From the IMG/VR virus record IMGVR_UViG_3300017733_000025: a stretch of DNA of 32,900 bases; one strand, given 5' to 3'. The stretch is from a virus. The position numbers and the translations under genes are program-made. Each line of letters starts with the position of its first letter. Positions within the stretch are counted from its first letter, which is position 1. Below the pieces are notes generated by a model. It was not told the origin of the DNA and searched no databases. It saw only the letters and a list, made by a program, of their open reading frames with translations. Shown in pieces: positions 1 to 8,455 of the stretch.

Positions 1-123
1 GCTAAAACCAACAACATCTCCTACGGGAGAAGAAGTTGAGTATGAGGTTATAAATGCCTCGCCTGTATATTTTATTTTACCGCTTGCAGTTCCTTCGGGT
101 GAATACTCATAAGAAAGCGAACC
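1..123. repeat. Terminal direct repeat, copy 1 (identical to 32778-32900)
   Basis: The first 123 nt reappear as the last 123 nt. The repeat lies inside an ORF that reads through the junction, so it looks like the overlap of a circular assembly rather than a physical terminal repeat. Confidence 0.9.
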
Positions 124-366
124 TGCTTGACCTACTACGGCGCCAAGAATATCGTCTGCTGTACTATCCCAAGCACCCGCAATAGATATAGTTGCGTCCT
201 TTAAACCAACAATATATTCTTTATTGTCGTCGCCAAGCGTTGTTGTTTCTGCTAAATCAACGGTTTGTGGAAAATCTACTGAATTAACGTATGCGCTAAT
301 GTCGGTTAATGATCCGCTTGCATTGTCTAGTTTAAAACTACTGTCTTTACCATGTACGAAAGCCAC
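1..366 (-). CDS. Short tail-tube paralogue (136 aa in total), N-terminal 122 codons. The ORF continues across the junction into 32733-32777.
   Basis: GTG start at 364-366, 8 nt after AGGAGG (375-380). Translation VAFVHGKDSSFKLD...SSPVGDVVGFS is clearly homologous to residues 1-~133 of the 237-aa protein at 379-1092. It is absent from the ORF track because it runs off the window edge. Confidence 0.75.
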   Translation of the reverse strand, partial: MAFVHGKDSSFKLDNASGSLTDISAYVNSVDFPQTVDLAETTTLGDDNKEYIVGLKDATISIAGAWDSTADDILGAVVGQAGSLSYEYSPEGTASGKIKYTGEAFITSYSTSSPVGDVVGFS

Positions 367-378
367 CTTATATTCCTC

Positions 379-1092
379 CTATTTGTTTCTTCCAAATCCT
401 ACTATAACAGAAAATGACGGGGTTGTTCCACCTATTGTAAATACGACTTTTAGGTATCTATTAACCGTTGTACCTTTTGCGACCGCCTTTACTTCCGCCC
501 CTGCACTAGTAAGTCTTGTGAATGCAACCAAATCAGCATAAGTTGAATTATCTGCTGAATGGGTAATTTTTGCGTCTAATGTTGGAGATGATCCGCTTAC
601 AGTACTTGCAATGATAAAAGCGCCCCCGCCATTTGCCGTTGCCGTTGTATTATCACGTGCCGTACCGCTTGCGGTTGAAGTCTTTGTTGCGTTCTCTAAT
701 ACTTTACCCGTAAATAAACCCTCGTCTGCTTGATAATCTACTGAAAAAGCAACGATATCTCCAACGGGAGAACTTAATCCGTAGTTTGTAATATTACCTT
801 TTCCAAATGTTGCGTGATCGTTTGCGTCTAATCCGTCAATCCCGATTGCGAGAATTTTATCGGTTGATGATCCTAATGACGTTTGAATTGGAGAATCTGC
901 CGTTGCGTCATAAAACCCCGCCAATGCAATCGTTCCGTCTTTTGCACCCGTAATATAAGTCTTGTTTGAATTTCCAAACGTGGTGGATTCGGCCAAATCA
1001 ACAGTTCTTGTTGAATCAGCGGTTTGTAAAAAAGAACTTATTTCTGTTTGATCTAAAAATACTTTTGTATCTTTACCATGTTTAAAAGCCAT
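379..1092 (-). CDS. Major tail (tube) protein, long paralogue with a ~100-aa C-terminal extra domain
   Basis: 237 aa, sited between the tail-terminator-like gene and the chaperone pair/tape measure. The N-terminal half matches the downstream 136-aa ORF (AF-HGKD...VDLAE-TT-G...SSPVGD-V-FS). Confidence 0.7.
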   Translation of the reverse strand: MAFKHGKDTKVFLDQTEISSFLQTADSTRTVDLAESTTFGNSNKTYITGAKDGTIALAGFYDATADSPIQTSLGSSTDKILAIGIDGLDANDHATFGKGNITNYGLSSPVGDIVAFSVDYQADEGLFTGKVLENATKTSTASGTARDNTTATANGGGAFIIASTVSGSSPTLDAKITHSADNSTYADLVAFTRLTSAGAEVKAVAKGTTVNRYLKVVFTIGGTTPSFSVIVGFGRNK

Positions 1093-1173
1093 TTATCTTT
1101 TACCTCTGTTTCTTCTATTTCGCCTGCGGTTTCTTGTGCTTGAACCTCCGCCATAGCTACGTCCATAACCCAT
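1093..1173 (-). CDS. Possible 26-aa arginine-rich micro-ORF (MGYGRSYGGGSSTRNRRRNRRNRGKR)
   Basis: Fills the only gap between two genes. GAGGAAG lies ~11 nt upstream, and its TAA abuts the ATG of the major tail gene. Too short to prove. Confidence 0.2.
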   Translation of the reverse strand: MGYGRSYGGGSSTRNRRRNRRNRGKR

Positions 1174-1178
1174 ATTAG

Positions 1179-1370
1179 TTATTCTTCCTCTTGCTTGTTA
1201 GTTAATTCTTGTAATTTTTTTTCTTTATATTCTTTTGTGATTTTAATTAATTCGCCCTGATCAACTAACCATTTAATTGACTTTTGCGGAATATCTTTAT
1301 TTGATATCGCTTGTCCTTTTGCGAAATATTTATCTTTAAATGTCAATCCATTCACTACTTCGTATGTCAT
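1179..1370 (-). CDS. Hypothetical protein (63 aa)
   Basis: ORF with ATGA overlap to the upstream gene, inside the tail operon. No motif recognised. Confidence 0.6.
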   Translation of the reverse strand: MTYEVVNGLTFKDKYFAKGQAISNKDIPQKSIKWLVDQGELIKITKEYKEKKLQELTNKQEEE

Positions 1371-1777
1371 GCTATTACCTCAACTAAAAATTCAACGCCT
1401 AATAATTCAACGTTGTTTAATTCAAACGCCCCATAATCCCGTGCCTCAACTACTCGTAAGGTGCTTGCAATCCCTCCAAGCGTTTTATCGCTTTCAATTG
1501 CTACTTTCATGCTCGAGGATCCCGAGCTATTTAAAAAAGCGTCTAACGTTTCTTGACTATCTTGCCCGTCAATATTAGATACAAATAGTCTAACAGGAAT
1601 TATAAATTTGTCAGAACCTCGCGCCATTGAAAAGTCATATTCTAAATTTTCCAATACGCTTACAACGGCTAGCGGTGGATCAAACCTATGAGGAACGTAT
1701 GAATAAACGCTTATATTAGATAGGTTGTTTCCAATGTTAGTTCCAATGGCCTGCCGTAATGAAGTAAGACTAGCCAT
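1367..1777 (-). CDS. Putative tail terminator / head-tail joining protein
   Basis: 136 aa, just upstream of the tube genes. Size, position and overall pattern are typical of siphovirus tail terminators. The call rests on position. Confidence 0.45.
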   Translation of the reverse strand: MASLTSLRQAIGTNIGNNLSNISVYSYVPHRFDPPLAVVSVLENLEYDFSMARGSDKFIIPVRLFVSNIDGQDSQETLDAFLNSSGSSSMKVAIESDKTLGGIASTLRVVEARDYGAFELNNVELLGVEFLVEVIA

Positions 1778-1973
1778 TGTTTAGATCGTCCTCAATTGGC
1801 CAATGTTCGTTCGTTATGTTTTCCATTCGCCCGATAAATTGAATCTCACTATTATCAGTAAGCGCTTGAATAACATTTATTTGATTTTTAAATTGCTCGT
1901 CGCATTCATTTGGAGAATTACCCTCCGTCCGTATTTCAATTGTTCCAACAACGGTGTAAATTATTTCTGTCAT
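1770..1973 (-). CDS. Hypothetical protein (67 aa), first gene after a TG-extended TATAAT box
   Basis: ORF overlaps the next gene by 8 nt. TGATATAAT sits ~6 nt upstream of its ATG. Confidence 0.55.
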   Translation of the reverse strand: MTEIIYTVVGTIEIRTEGNSPNECDEQFKNQINVIQALTDNSEIQFIGRMENITNEHWPIEDDLNNG

Positions 1974-2047
1974 CTTTGAATTATATCACGCCATAAGATA
2001 ATTGTTATATAGTAAAAAAGCGTTTTGTGGATTTCTTGGGTTCGTCT

Positions 2048-2848
2048 TTATGCCGTCATTTGTTTGGATTTGTATTCATCAATTTGTTGATCGGTAATTT
2101 TAGTCCAATGATTTTGTCCAACCCCGCGTTCGCTCTGCCATACAAGTCTTTCTTTATATTCTTTTCTATTGTTTGTTGTATATGTACATTTGTCTGCAAT
2201 TGCAATTGATTTAAAATCTACCCCAATGAATCCCTCCATTGTTAGTTTCATTTGATCTACGCATTGTTGTGAATGGCGTATAGGATTTACGCTTGCGTTT
2301 GTATCAATGAATGATCTAAATAATATTTCTTGATACGCATGTGATCTGAAATACCCCGTTAGTTGAAGTAATCTATTTCTAAATGATTTGTCGTGGCCGT
2401 TTGTGTTTATATGTGCAATTTCATGAAGTAGAGTTTCATCATTCCAAGACCAATTGTTCATACTCATAGTTATTGTTGCGCTACCGCCTAGCCCGTGCAT
2501 ACATGCTCTGCCTTTACCCGTTGTTGAATTGTATGTTGATACGATTAGCCCACCGCCGTTATGAGATCCGCTAAAATTGTGCAATGTGTATTTTTTTGGT
2601 TTTTGCGGACATACCCAATCTACATTTACAAATTTACGTGGGTCAAAATTTTGTCTGTAATATTGTGAATTGATAATTTTGTTGCCCGCTCTTTTTAAAA
2701 GCTTTTGTGCTTGGGTTGGATCTAGTTTTATAATATCAACTATATCAGGCATGATCCAATTAAATTGCGGTGCGGATTTACCCGCCTGCCTTTCGGCTTG
2801 GTATGTTAGTTTTTGTTCATTCATTGAGAGATTTAATCCATTCTGCAA
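2048..2848 (-). CDS. SprT-like zinc metalloprotease-domain protein (moron)
   Basis: Contains HEIAHINTNGHDKSF (HExxH followed by GH), as in SprT/WLM-type metallopeptidases. The track start at 2848 is TTG. The ATG at 2822-2824 overlaps the stop of an upstream 27-codon ORF (ATGAATGA) and is the more likely start. Confidence 0.6.
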   Translation of the reverse strand: MQNGLNLSMNEQKLTYQAERQAGKSAPQFNWIMPDIVDIIKLDPTQAQKLLKRAGNKIINSQYYRQNFDPRKFVNVDWVCPQKPKKYTLHNFSGSHNGGGLIVSTYNSTTGKGRACMHGLGGSATITMSMNNWSWNDETLLHEIAHINTNGHDKSFRNRLLQLTGYFRSHAYQEILFRSFIDTNASVNPIRHSQQCVDQMKLTMEGFIGVDFKSIAIADKCTYTTNNRKEYKERLVWQSERGVGQNHWTKITDQQIDEYKSKQMTA

Positions 2849-2900
2849 GAGATACTTGATCCCCGTGCAATGAGTCGATACAGATATTTGAATTAGGCAT
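2817..2900 (-). CDS. Leader micro-ORF (27 aa; 41 aa if started at the in-frame ATG at 2940-2942)
   Basis: AAGGGG SD lies 5 nt before the ATG at 2898-2900. Its stop overlaps the ATG of the SprT-like gene, which has no SD of its own. Confidence 0.3.
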   Translation of the reverse strand: MPNSNICIDSLHGDQVSLAEWIKSLNE

Positions 2901-2950
2901 AGTTCCCCTTTCGGTGTTTTTATATGTATTTATGTAATTCATATAAGTTC

Positions 2951-2978
2951 AGTATAGCAATCTAAGATTTAATTGCAA
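2951..2978 (-). promoter_or_regulatory. Conserved phage promoter motif, copy 1 (TTGCAA-N16-TATACT)
   Basis: The minus strand reads TTGCAAttaaatcttagattgcTATACT. The same 28-bp architecture and spacer sequence occur at five other sites. Confidence 0.5.
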
Positions 2979-3072
2979 ACCGAAAAAAAGAAATTTAACC
3001 CAAGTAATCCATATATTGAATAAAACGTTTTATTTAATAGGGTTTATTTACAATAAAAAAAAATAAAAAAAA

Positions 3073-3603
3073 TTATTTTGTTTTTTTAAATCTCAATTCT
3101 ATTTCGTCTGCTAATAGCTTTAAATCGGCTTTTCGTTCAAATTTAGTATCTCGCTCTGCTATCAGTAAATATGGAACTAACGGCGTTCCTTTTTCGCTTA
3201 TTGATTTTGCAACTAAATAAACGGGTATCCCTTTACGATCCGCCCACCCTCTTAATTTTGCATTCATAGGTGGCCAATGAGGTTTGGATCTTTTATAAGG
3301 CTCATCTAATCTAAGACCTCTTGTACGTTTCGGGTCGCCATGTACAAAGCTTGATTTAGGAGAATGAGATTTAATTTGTATTCCTGCGGGTAGTCTTCCC
3401 ATTGATTTAATTTGTTTAGTTCTAATTGATCTTTGCAACGCCCCCGTATCTACGGGAACAACTTCTTGCGCGCGTTTTTTTATTGTTTGGCCTGATGATC
3501 TCATATATTTACGAATCGGTTTTGTTCCTAGATTATTAAGATCGCATTGACGTCGTAATCTTTTTAATCCTTTGACTTCAAAGCTTGCATTAAATTGAGC
3601 CAT
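3073..3603 (-). CDS. HK97 gp10-like head-tail joining protein
   Basis: 176 aa with the VPVDTGALQRSI motif typical of the HK97 gp10 family. Sited after the connector gene. Confidence 0.6.
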   Translation of the reverse strand: MAQFNASFEVKGLKRLRRQCDLNNLGTKPIRKYMRSSGQTIKKRAQEVVPVDTGALQRSIRTKQIKSMGRLPAGIQIKSHSPKSSFVHGDPKRTRGLRLDEPYKRSKPHWPPMNAKLRGWADRKGIPVYLVAKSISEKGTPLVPYLLIAERDTKFERKADLKLLADEIELRFKKTK

Positions 3604-4217
3604 TATAGGCGGTGCTTTATATATCCCTTAATAAGTTGCTTGGCGTCGGGATCCATGCGGGACATTAGTTCTACTTCTCCAACGTCGCTATTTCCATAAG
3701 TACTAAACGGAGCGTCTTTTCTTTTCCATAGCCTAGAGGTTTGAAGTATTGTCGCCATTTTAACGGCGTCGGGAACGGATTCAAAACCCCACAATGCAGT
3801 AATCTCAACATGTTTTTTTATATCGGGATCAAACCTTTCGCTTGAGCGCCTATCAAAAATTCTTATTTGATTGAATGGCGCCTCCTGATCCCCGATCATA
3901 TCTTGGACATTTATAGGGTTTAAATAAAAATCTGTATTTAACGTTAATGTTTTTTCATAGGTGCCGTCATCATTGTCGTCTATTTTTACAACTAAGCTAG
4001 TTGTATTTGCAATATCGGGGACATCAAGTATATATGGATTGTCGGGGGTAAAATGTTTTGCGAATGCAGACGTTGGTTTATAAAAATGTCTTCCGCAATA
4101 ATTGTCAATTAAACGACATGCGCCTTTTATTGCTAAGTCAATATTTGAATCTTGAGAGGATCCGCTTAGGCCAATAAAACTTTTAACATCTGAATTGTCG
4201 CAATATGTGTCGGCCAT
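3603..4217 (-). CDS. Head-tail connector (gp6-like adaptor)
   Basis: The N-terminus DVKSFIGL...DLAIKGACRLIDNYCGRHFY resembles gp6-like head-tail connector proteins. Sited downstream of the capsid gene. Confidence 0.6.
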   Translation of the reverse strand: MADTYCDNSDVKSFIGLSGSSQDSNIDLAIKGACRLIDNYCGRHFYKPTSAFAKHFTPDNPYILDVPDIANTTSLVVKIDDNDDGTYEKTLTLNTDFYLNPINVQDMIGDQEAPFNQIRIFDRRSSERFDPDIKKHVEITALWGFESVPDAVKMATILQTSRLWKRKDAPFSTYGNSDVGEVELMSRMDPDAKQLIKGYIKHRL

Positions 4218-4226
4218 TTAAAACCT

Positions 4227-4475
4227 CTATTTATTTTCAGCAGGTTTTTTAGCTTTTGTTTCTTTCAATCCCCAAGCTTTTGCTTGAACGTCATTAATTT
4301 CGTCGCCTTTGTTAGCAAGAAGTTTTCCTTTACTCCAACCTTTAGGCAAGTCATCTTTAACGCCCTCTGCAATTTCGCCTGCGTCATTAATCCACAATCT
4401 TTTTTTAATTATCATAATTTCCTTTTCCGTTTGCTCCGCATTCGCCCCATAAGACGAATGCGAAAACAAAACCAT
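4227..4475 (-). CDS. Small head-module protein. Likely true start is the internal ATG at 4415 (62 aa).
   Basis: The internal Met is preceded by AAGGA. Sited directly after the major capsid gene. Function unknown. Confidence 0.5.
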   Translation of the reverse strand: MVLFSHSSYGANAEQTEKEIMIIKKRLWINDAGEIAEGVKDDLPKGWSKGKLLANKGDEINDVQAKAWGLKETKAKKPAENK

Positions 4476-4484
4476 TTCTAACTA

Positions 4485-5732
4485 TTAAAAGTTAGTAATT
4501 TTTGCGAAAGCAGTCGGTCTATAGACGGGGAATCCCAATCTCATAGACGCTTTCATCATTACTTTATCTTTAGTAAAGAAATCGTCGTGGCTATCAGAAA
4601 TAGCAACTTCAATTCCTCGTCTTGAGACAACATGACAAGCCTCGCCACCGCCGAATCTACCTACAAGAACGTCCCCTGCTGAAATTGCTGTATTAGCAAC
4701 AACGGGAACACCCCAAATAGACGCGGTTGGAGCGCCTGACATCATGCCCGCTCCCATGAATAACGGTTGCAAAGCACCGCTTGTTGTAACTGCATTTGTT
4801 TCAGTAACAACGTCATTCCAATCGCTCGGGTGCATGAGGATCGCGTCGGGTTCCATGAATGCGTCTTTTCTGATTTCAGTAATTGCTTCGTAAATTTGTC
4901 CAATTCTCTTTAAGCTACCGCTATAAGATGAATAGTTAAACGAGTTAATTCCTGTAACGTTTAATACGCCTTTGATGATTGGCGCAACACCTGATCCACC
5001 AATTAGAACGTCGGATAATCTTAATTCAAGCATTGTTCTTAATCTTGAATCTAGATATCCCTGAACTGCTGAAACGTCAGCAAGTAGTTCTTCGGTTACG
5101 GGTATTGATACACCAAATTTTCTTATTTCTTCTGTTTTTTCAGTAAATGCTAAAGCAGATTCTCCGAAAGCAGATCCCTCTGCAACTTCTGCACCATTGT
5201 TGGTGAAAGTTGATTCTTCCAAATATTTATATTGGTATTGGTCTGTTTGAATTGTATCAAACAAATCTATAACGCTATTCGGATTTCTTAAAGCAGTCGG
5301 AACGATTAAATCGTCTCTAACTACTGCAGGTGGATAATTTGTTTCGGTTAAAAGAGTTTTACTTTCAAGAAGTGGATTCCACTTAATTTCTGAAGTAAAA
5401 CCTTTTTGTCCGCCATTAACGAATGCTTGAACAGATTTTGATTCAAAAAGAGCTTGCCCTAGAGTTTTCTTTTCTACGGTCGGCTCGTCATTGAATACAG
5501 GAGCAGAATCAACTGCTTTACCTTTTTCAACGTCATTCTCTAAATCTTGGATAGATTTTACAAGAGCGTCTTCGTCTCTTACTTCTTTTGCAAGAGTATC
5601 AATTTCTTCTGATCTTTTAGCCATAGACTCTTTTGTTTCAGCGTCCATAGTTGCGGGATCAATTGTTTTTAATTGCTCTAATGCGTCTTCTCTAAGATTT
5701 TGGAGTTTGACTTTTTTTTCATTTATGTTCAA
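4485..5732 (-). CDS. Major capsid protein, HK97 fold, with an N-terminal coiled-coil delta domain
   Basis: 415 aa. The charged coiled-coil first ~100 aa are followed by a capsid-like core. Canonical position after the prohead protease. Confidence 0.85.
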   Translation of the reverse strand: MNINEKKVKLQNLREDALEQLKTIDPATMDAETKESMAKRSEEIDTLAKEVRDEDALVKSIQDLENDVEKGKAVDSAPVFNDEPTVEKKTLGQALFESKSVQAFVNGGQKGFTSEIKWNPLLESKTLLTETNYPPAVVRDDLIVPTALRNPNSVIDLFDTIQTDQYQYKYLEESTFTNNGAEVAEGSAFGESALAFTEKTEEIRKFGVSIPVTEELLADVSAVQGYLDSRLRTMLELRLSDVLIGGSGVAPIIKGVLNVTGINSFNYSSYSGSLKRIGQIYEAITEIRKDAFMEPDAILMHPSDWNDVVTETNAVTTSGALQPLFMGAGMMSGAPTASIWGVPVVANTAISAGDVLVGRFGGGEACHVVSRRGIEVAISDSHDDFFTKDKVMMKASMRLGFPVYRPTAFAKITNF

Positions 5733-5750
5733 TTTAGATTTCTCCTCTGC

Positions 5751-6542
5751 CTAAACGTCAGACGTTTCGGCTAATATCCTTAATGTTTCTATAATAAGCT
5801 TTTCGTCCTCATCTGTTTTATTGACAACTAATTCATCTCTAAGGCCAACATTTAGCATGTCATCTAAATCTTGGTATGCCTCTTGAATATCATTTGTTAA
5901 TTCAATAATTGCATTTGAGGATTTCTCGCTTAATTTTTTACCTTTTTCTAATCTTAGAGAAATAAGATCTCTAATTCTTTCAATTGAATGAGCCAAGCTC
6001 TTACGGAGCTCGTCTATTTCGTCGGTAAATCTTTTTTTGTCGCTATCATCATTAACCTCTTGCGTTGCATTTTTCACGGCTAATGTATGAGTATTTTGAT
6101 TAGCGCCAACGAGTACGGGAGATACTTCCCAAACTCTTAAATCTTTTAAATATCTTACGTCGGTTTCTTGACCGTCTTTTGTAAATTTACCATTCTCGGA
6201 ATCAATTACTTCATAACCGAATGACCATTGTTGGAGATCGCCCATAGCTTTTACTGTATTAAAAGCCTCGCGTCCTCTTTCTGTATCCATTATAAATTGA
6301 CCATTAAAAGTTGCTTTTGATCCGTCTTGTTTTATTTCTCCGCGACCAATAACATCTTTCCAATCATGACCCCATACCATAGCAACGCCCCTGTCTCCAT
6401 ATCCGCTTTTAATTGAGTCGGGAAGTACAACGTCTCCGTCGCTATCTATTTCGTTAAATATAGAAAAAACTGCCTCTACTTTGCCCTCAACTTCATCAGT
6501 TGCTAGTAAGGAAATATTTTTAAATTCTTTGTTTGTACTCAT
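5751..6542 (-). CDS. Prohead (capsid maturation) protease, HK97/S78-like, with a C-terminal coiled coil
   Basis: The N-terminal pattern VEAVFSIFNEIDSDGDVVLPDS...VWGHDW is typical of HK97-family prohead proteases. Sited between the portal/MuF genes and the capsid gene. Confidence 0.8.
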   Translation of the reverse strand: MSTNKEFKNISLLATDEVEGKVEAVFSIFNEIDSDGDVVLPDSIKSGYGDRGVAMVWGHDWKDVIGRGEIKQDGSKATFNGQFIMDTERGREAFNTVKAMGDLQQWSFGYEVIDSENGKFTKDGQETDVRYLKDLRVWEVSPVLVGANQNTHTLAVKNATQEVNDDSDKKRFTDEIDELRKSLAHSIERIRDLISLRLEKGKKLSEKSSNAIIELTNDIQEAYQDLDDMLNVGLRDELVVNKTDEDEKLIIETLRILAETSDV

Positions 6543-6544
6543 AC

Positions 6545-8455
6545 TTATTTTTTTCTCCGTATCTTTTTCTCATGGTATATAGTAGTGCAACGACAATTAA
6601 CAATCAATTCAATCGGCGCACCATACTTTGAGTCGGAGGGATAATCCATTTTATAACCCGCAACATTAAACGGCCTAGATCTAGCACGTCGCTGATTATC
6701 AACCGCAATATGTTGATCTCTAACTAAACCGTCTCGTCTAGTTAGCCAACTCTTTTCTAATCTTAGTCCGCTTTTTTCTGCCCCGCGCTCTTTTCCATAT
6801 TCTGCTAATGCTAAGCCCTCCGTTCTAGCAATTCGTTGCGCGCTACCTAATTGAGCCTTTGTAAGTCTTGTAGATAATTCATTTGCAATATAGTCGGTCA
6901 ATGCGTCGCCCGTTAATCCTAATTTTTGCGCCTCATCAAACGCTTTTCTAATTCCTCTTGATACCATATCCTTTCTTGTTTTTGACATTTCGGGAAGTAA
7001 TGAGGTAAGCCGATCATTGACAAAATTTATTGCCCCGCTATCTCTAAACATTGTTTCAAGCGGAATTTGTACGCCCCGACGTCCTCTCAATGGAAAAAAT
7101 CCGCTTTGTATGATTGTTGGTAATGGTTTTCTTCTTCTACCCCTACGAATTGCCTCAATTTCTTTTTTAGTTGCTTTCTCATCAACTCGGATTGTTTCGG
7201 GTAATAGCTCCGTAAATTGAAAATAATAAAAATCGGTAATCATTGAAAGGTATAAATCATATACGTCGGCTTTCCAATTTTTTGTGTTTGTATCAATAAT
7301 GTGATTTATTGCTCCCAATATTCCAATTTGATTTGGTGGATTGGTATTTAAAAAATTTATAATATCTTTTTTTTGCCTTTGGATTAATTGATAATATTCA
7401 AGCGTTAATGTAAAATCCCAATTTCTAAGTAATGCGTCAAATTTCCACCAATGATTGTCTTTAGATTCGGCCGATTCAAAACGATTTTCTCTTTCTTCCC
7501 ATTCAATTAGTTTTAATTGATTTCTACGTCGGACAATTTCTAAAACGGAATTATCTTTTTCATCACGCTTGTTCATTGCTTTAACTAATTTTTGGCTCCA
7601 TGATTTACCCGCGTCGCCACCCCATAGCGCCCAAGCAATGCGTCCGTTTGAAGGAAATCCGTCCTCGCCCTGCCTATATCCCTCTGCTTGTTTATCTACT
7701 TCATGTCTTGGAAAGTATCTTGCAATATGTCTTACTTTTTCGGGACTTGCAATTTGATTTCTTAATATGTATCTAGCGGATCCACGACCAACATTTGTTC
7801 CACCCCTGCCGTTTTCTTTTACCCATTCCAACCCGCGTTGCGCCTCCTCTTTTGCGCCTTTAGGAATTGTGAAGTCTAGATCGTCATATTTTCCTTTTAT
7901 TTCATTCATTGCGTCATCATCACTTTTTCTAGTTGATAGCGGGTGTGATGACGGAAGTAAATCTGTATCGTATGGCGTACGTCTAAATTTTAATTTTTGT
8001 AAAGCGTAAATAAATCCATTAACCCGCGCGTATGCCCATTGATCCGCTGAAGTAACATTACCTCTAACGGATTCGGGATTTCCTCTATATGCTCCAACGC
8101 CCCTACGGAATACGGCTTTTAAAACTGCTAATGTTGTTCGTTTTCTTTTATCGTCGCCATATTCACTATTATGTTCTTCTAGTTTGTCTCGTAATGCGCT
8201 CTCTACTTTTGCGCTTACCTTATATGATTTTCTAAAATCATTAATAATTCTTAATCTACCAACCTCAATGACAACATCTCTATCGGTTTGTTCATGATCC
8301 CCATTTTCTAAAATCGCCCATACGTTAATTGTTGCCGTTTCGTCTGTTTGATTTATTGATTTTATAATTCCGTTCGCAATTGAGTCATCTTGCGGAGGTT
8401 TCGGAATATTCCAAGAAACCGCTTGGCCGACATTTAGATCATCAAGACTCGCCAT
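6545..8455 (-). CDS. Minor head protein, SPP1 gp7 / Mu F-like C-terminal domain fused to a long N-terminal region
   Basis: The C-terminus ARTEG...RDQH...IELIVNCRCT matches the Mu F/gp7 head morphogenesis domain. The N-terminal ~450 aa carry other conserved-looking blocks (RRGVGAYRGNPESVRG...QWAYARV; RYFPRHEVDKQ...IAWALWGGD). Confidence 0.75.
   Translation of the reverse strand: MASLDDLNVGQAVSWNIPKPPQDDSIANGIIKSINQTDETATINVWAILENGDHEQTDRDVVIEVGRLRIINDFRKSYKVSAKVESALRDKLEEHNSEYGDDKRKRTTLAVLKAVFRRGVGAYRGNPESVRGNVTSADQWAYARVNGFIYALQKLKFRRTPYDTDLLPSSHPLSTRKSDDDAMNEIKGKYDDLDFTIPKGAKEEAQRGLEWVKENGRGGTNVGRGSARYILRNQIASPEKVRHIARYFPRHEVDKQAEGYRQGEDGFPSNGRIAWALWGGDAGKSWSQKLVKAMNKRDEKDNSVLEIVRRRNQLKLIEWEERENRFESAESKDNHWWKFDALLRNWDFTLTLEYYQLIQRQKKDIINFLNTNPPNQIGILGAINHIIDTNTKNWKADVYDLYLSMITDFYYFQFTELLPETIRVDEKATKKEIEAIRRGRRRKPLPTIIQSGFFPLRGRRGVQIPLETMFRDSGAINFVNDRLTSLLPEMSKTRKDMVSRGIRKAFDEAQKLGLTGDALTDYIANELSTRLTKAQLGSAQRIARTEGLALAEYGKERGAEKSGLRLEKSWLTRRDGLVRDQHIAVDNQRRARSRPFNVAGYKMDYPSDSKYGAPIELIVNCRCTTIYHEKKIRRKK

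Noticed and set aside
1-123. The end duplication as a genuine direct terminal repeat of the virion DNA
   Set aside because: It lies in the middle of a tail-tube coding sequence with a continuous frame across the junction. The length is typical of an assembler k-mer overlap. Only read-level data can exclude a real DTR.
224-541. Plus-strand 105-aa ORF, and many similar plus-strand track ORFs: 1369-1578, 2027-2209, 2670-2873, 4284-4481, 5491-5754, 7017-7220, 7569-7757, 7767-8009, 11712-11909, 12219-12518, 12347-12664, 12645-12902, 13202-13438, 15021-15248, 16826-17164, 18311-18643, 20449-20661, 20900-21187, 26751-26963, 28612-28893, 29673-29948, 30202-30534, 31678-31872
   Set aside because: All lie antisense to longer, motif-bearing minus-strand genes. 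They lack SD sequences and have low-complexity or hydrophobic shadow-frame compositions, so I treat them as shadow ORFs.
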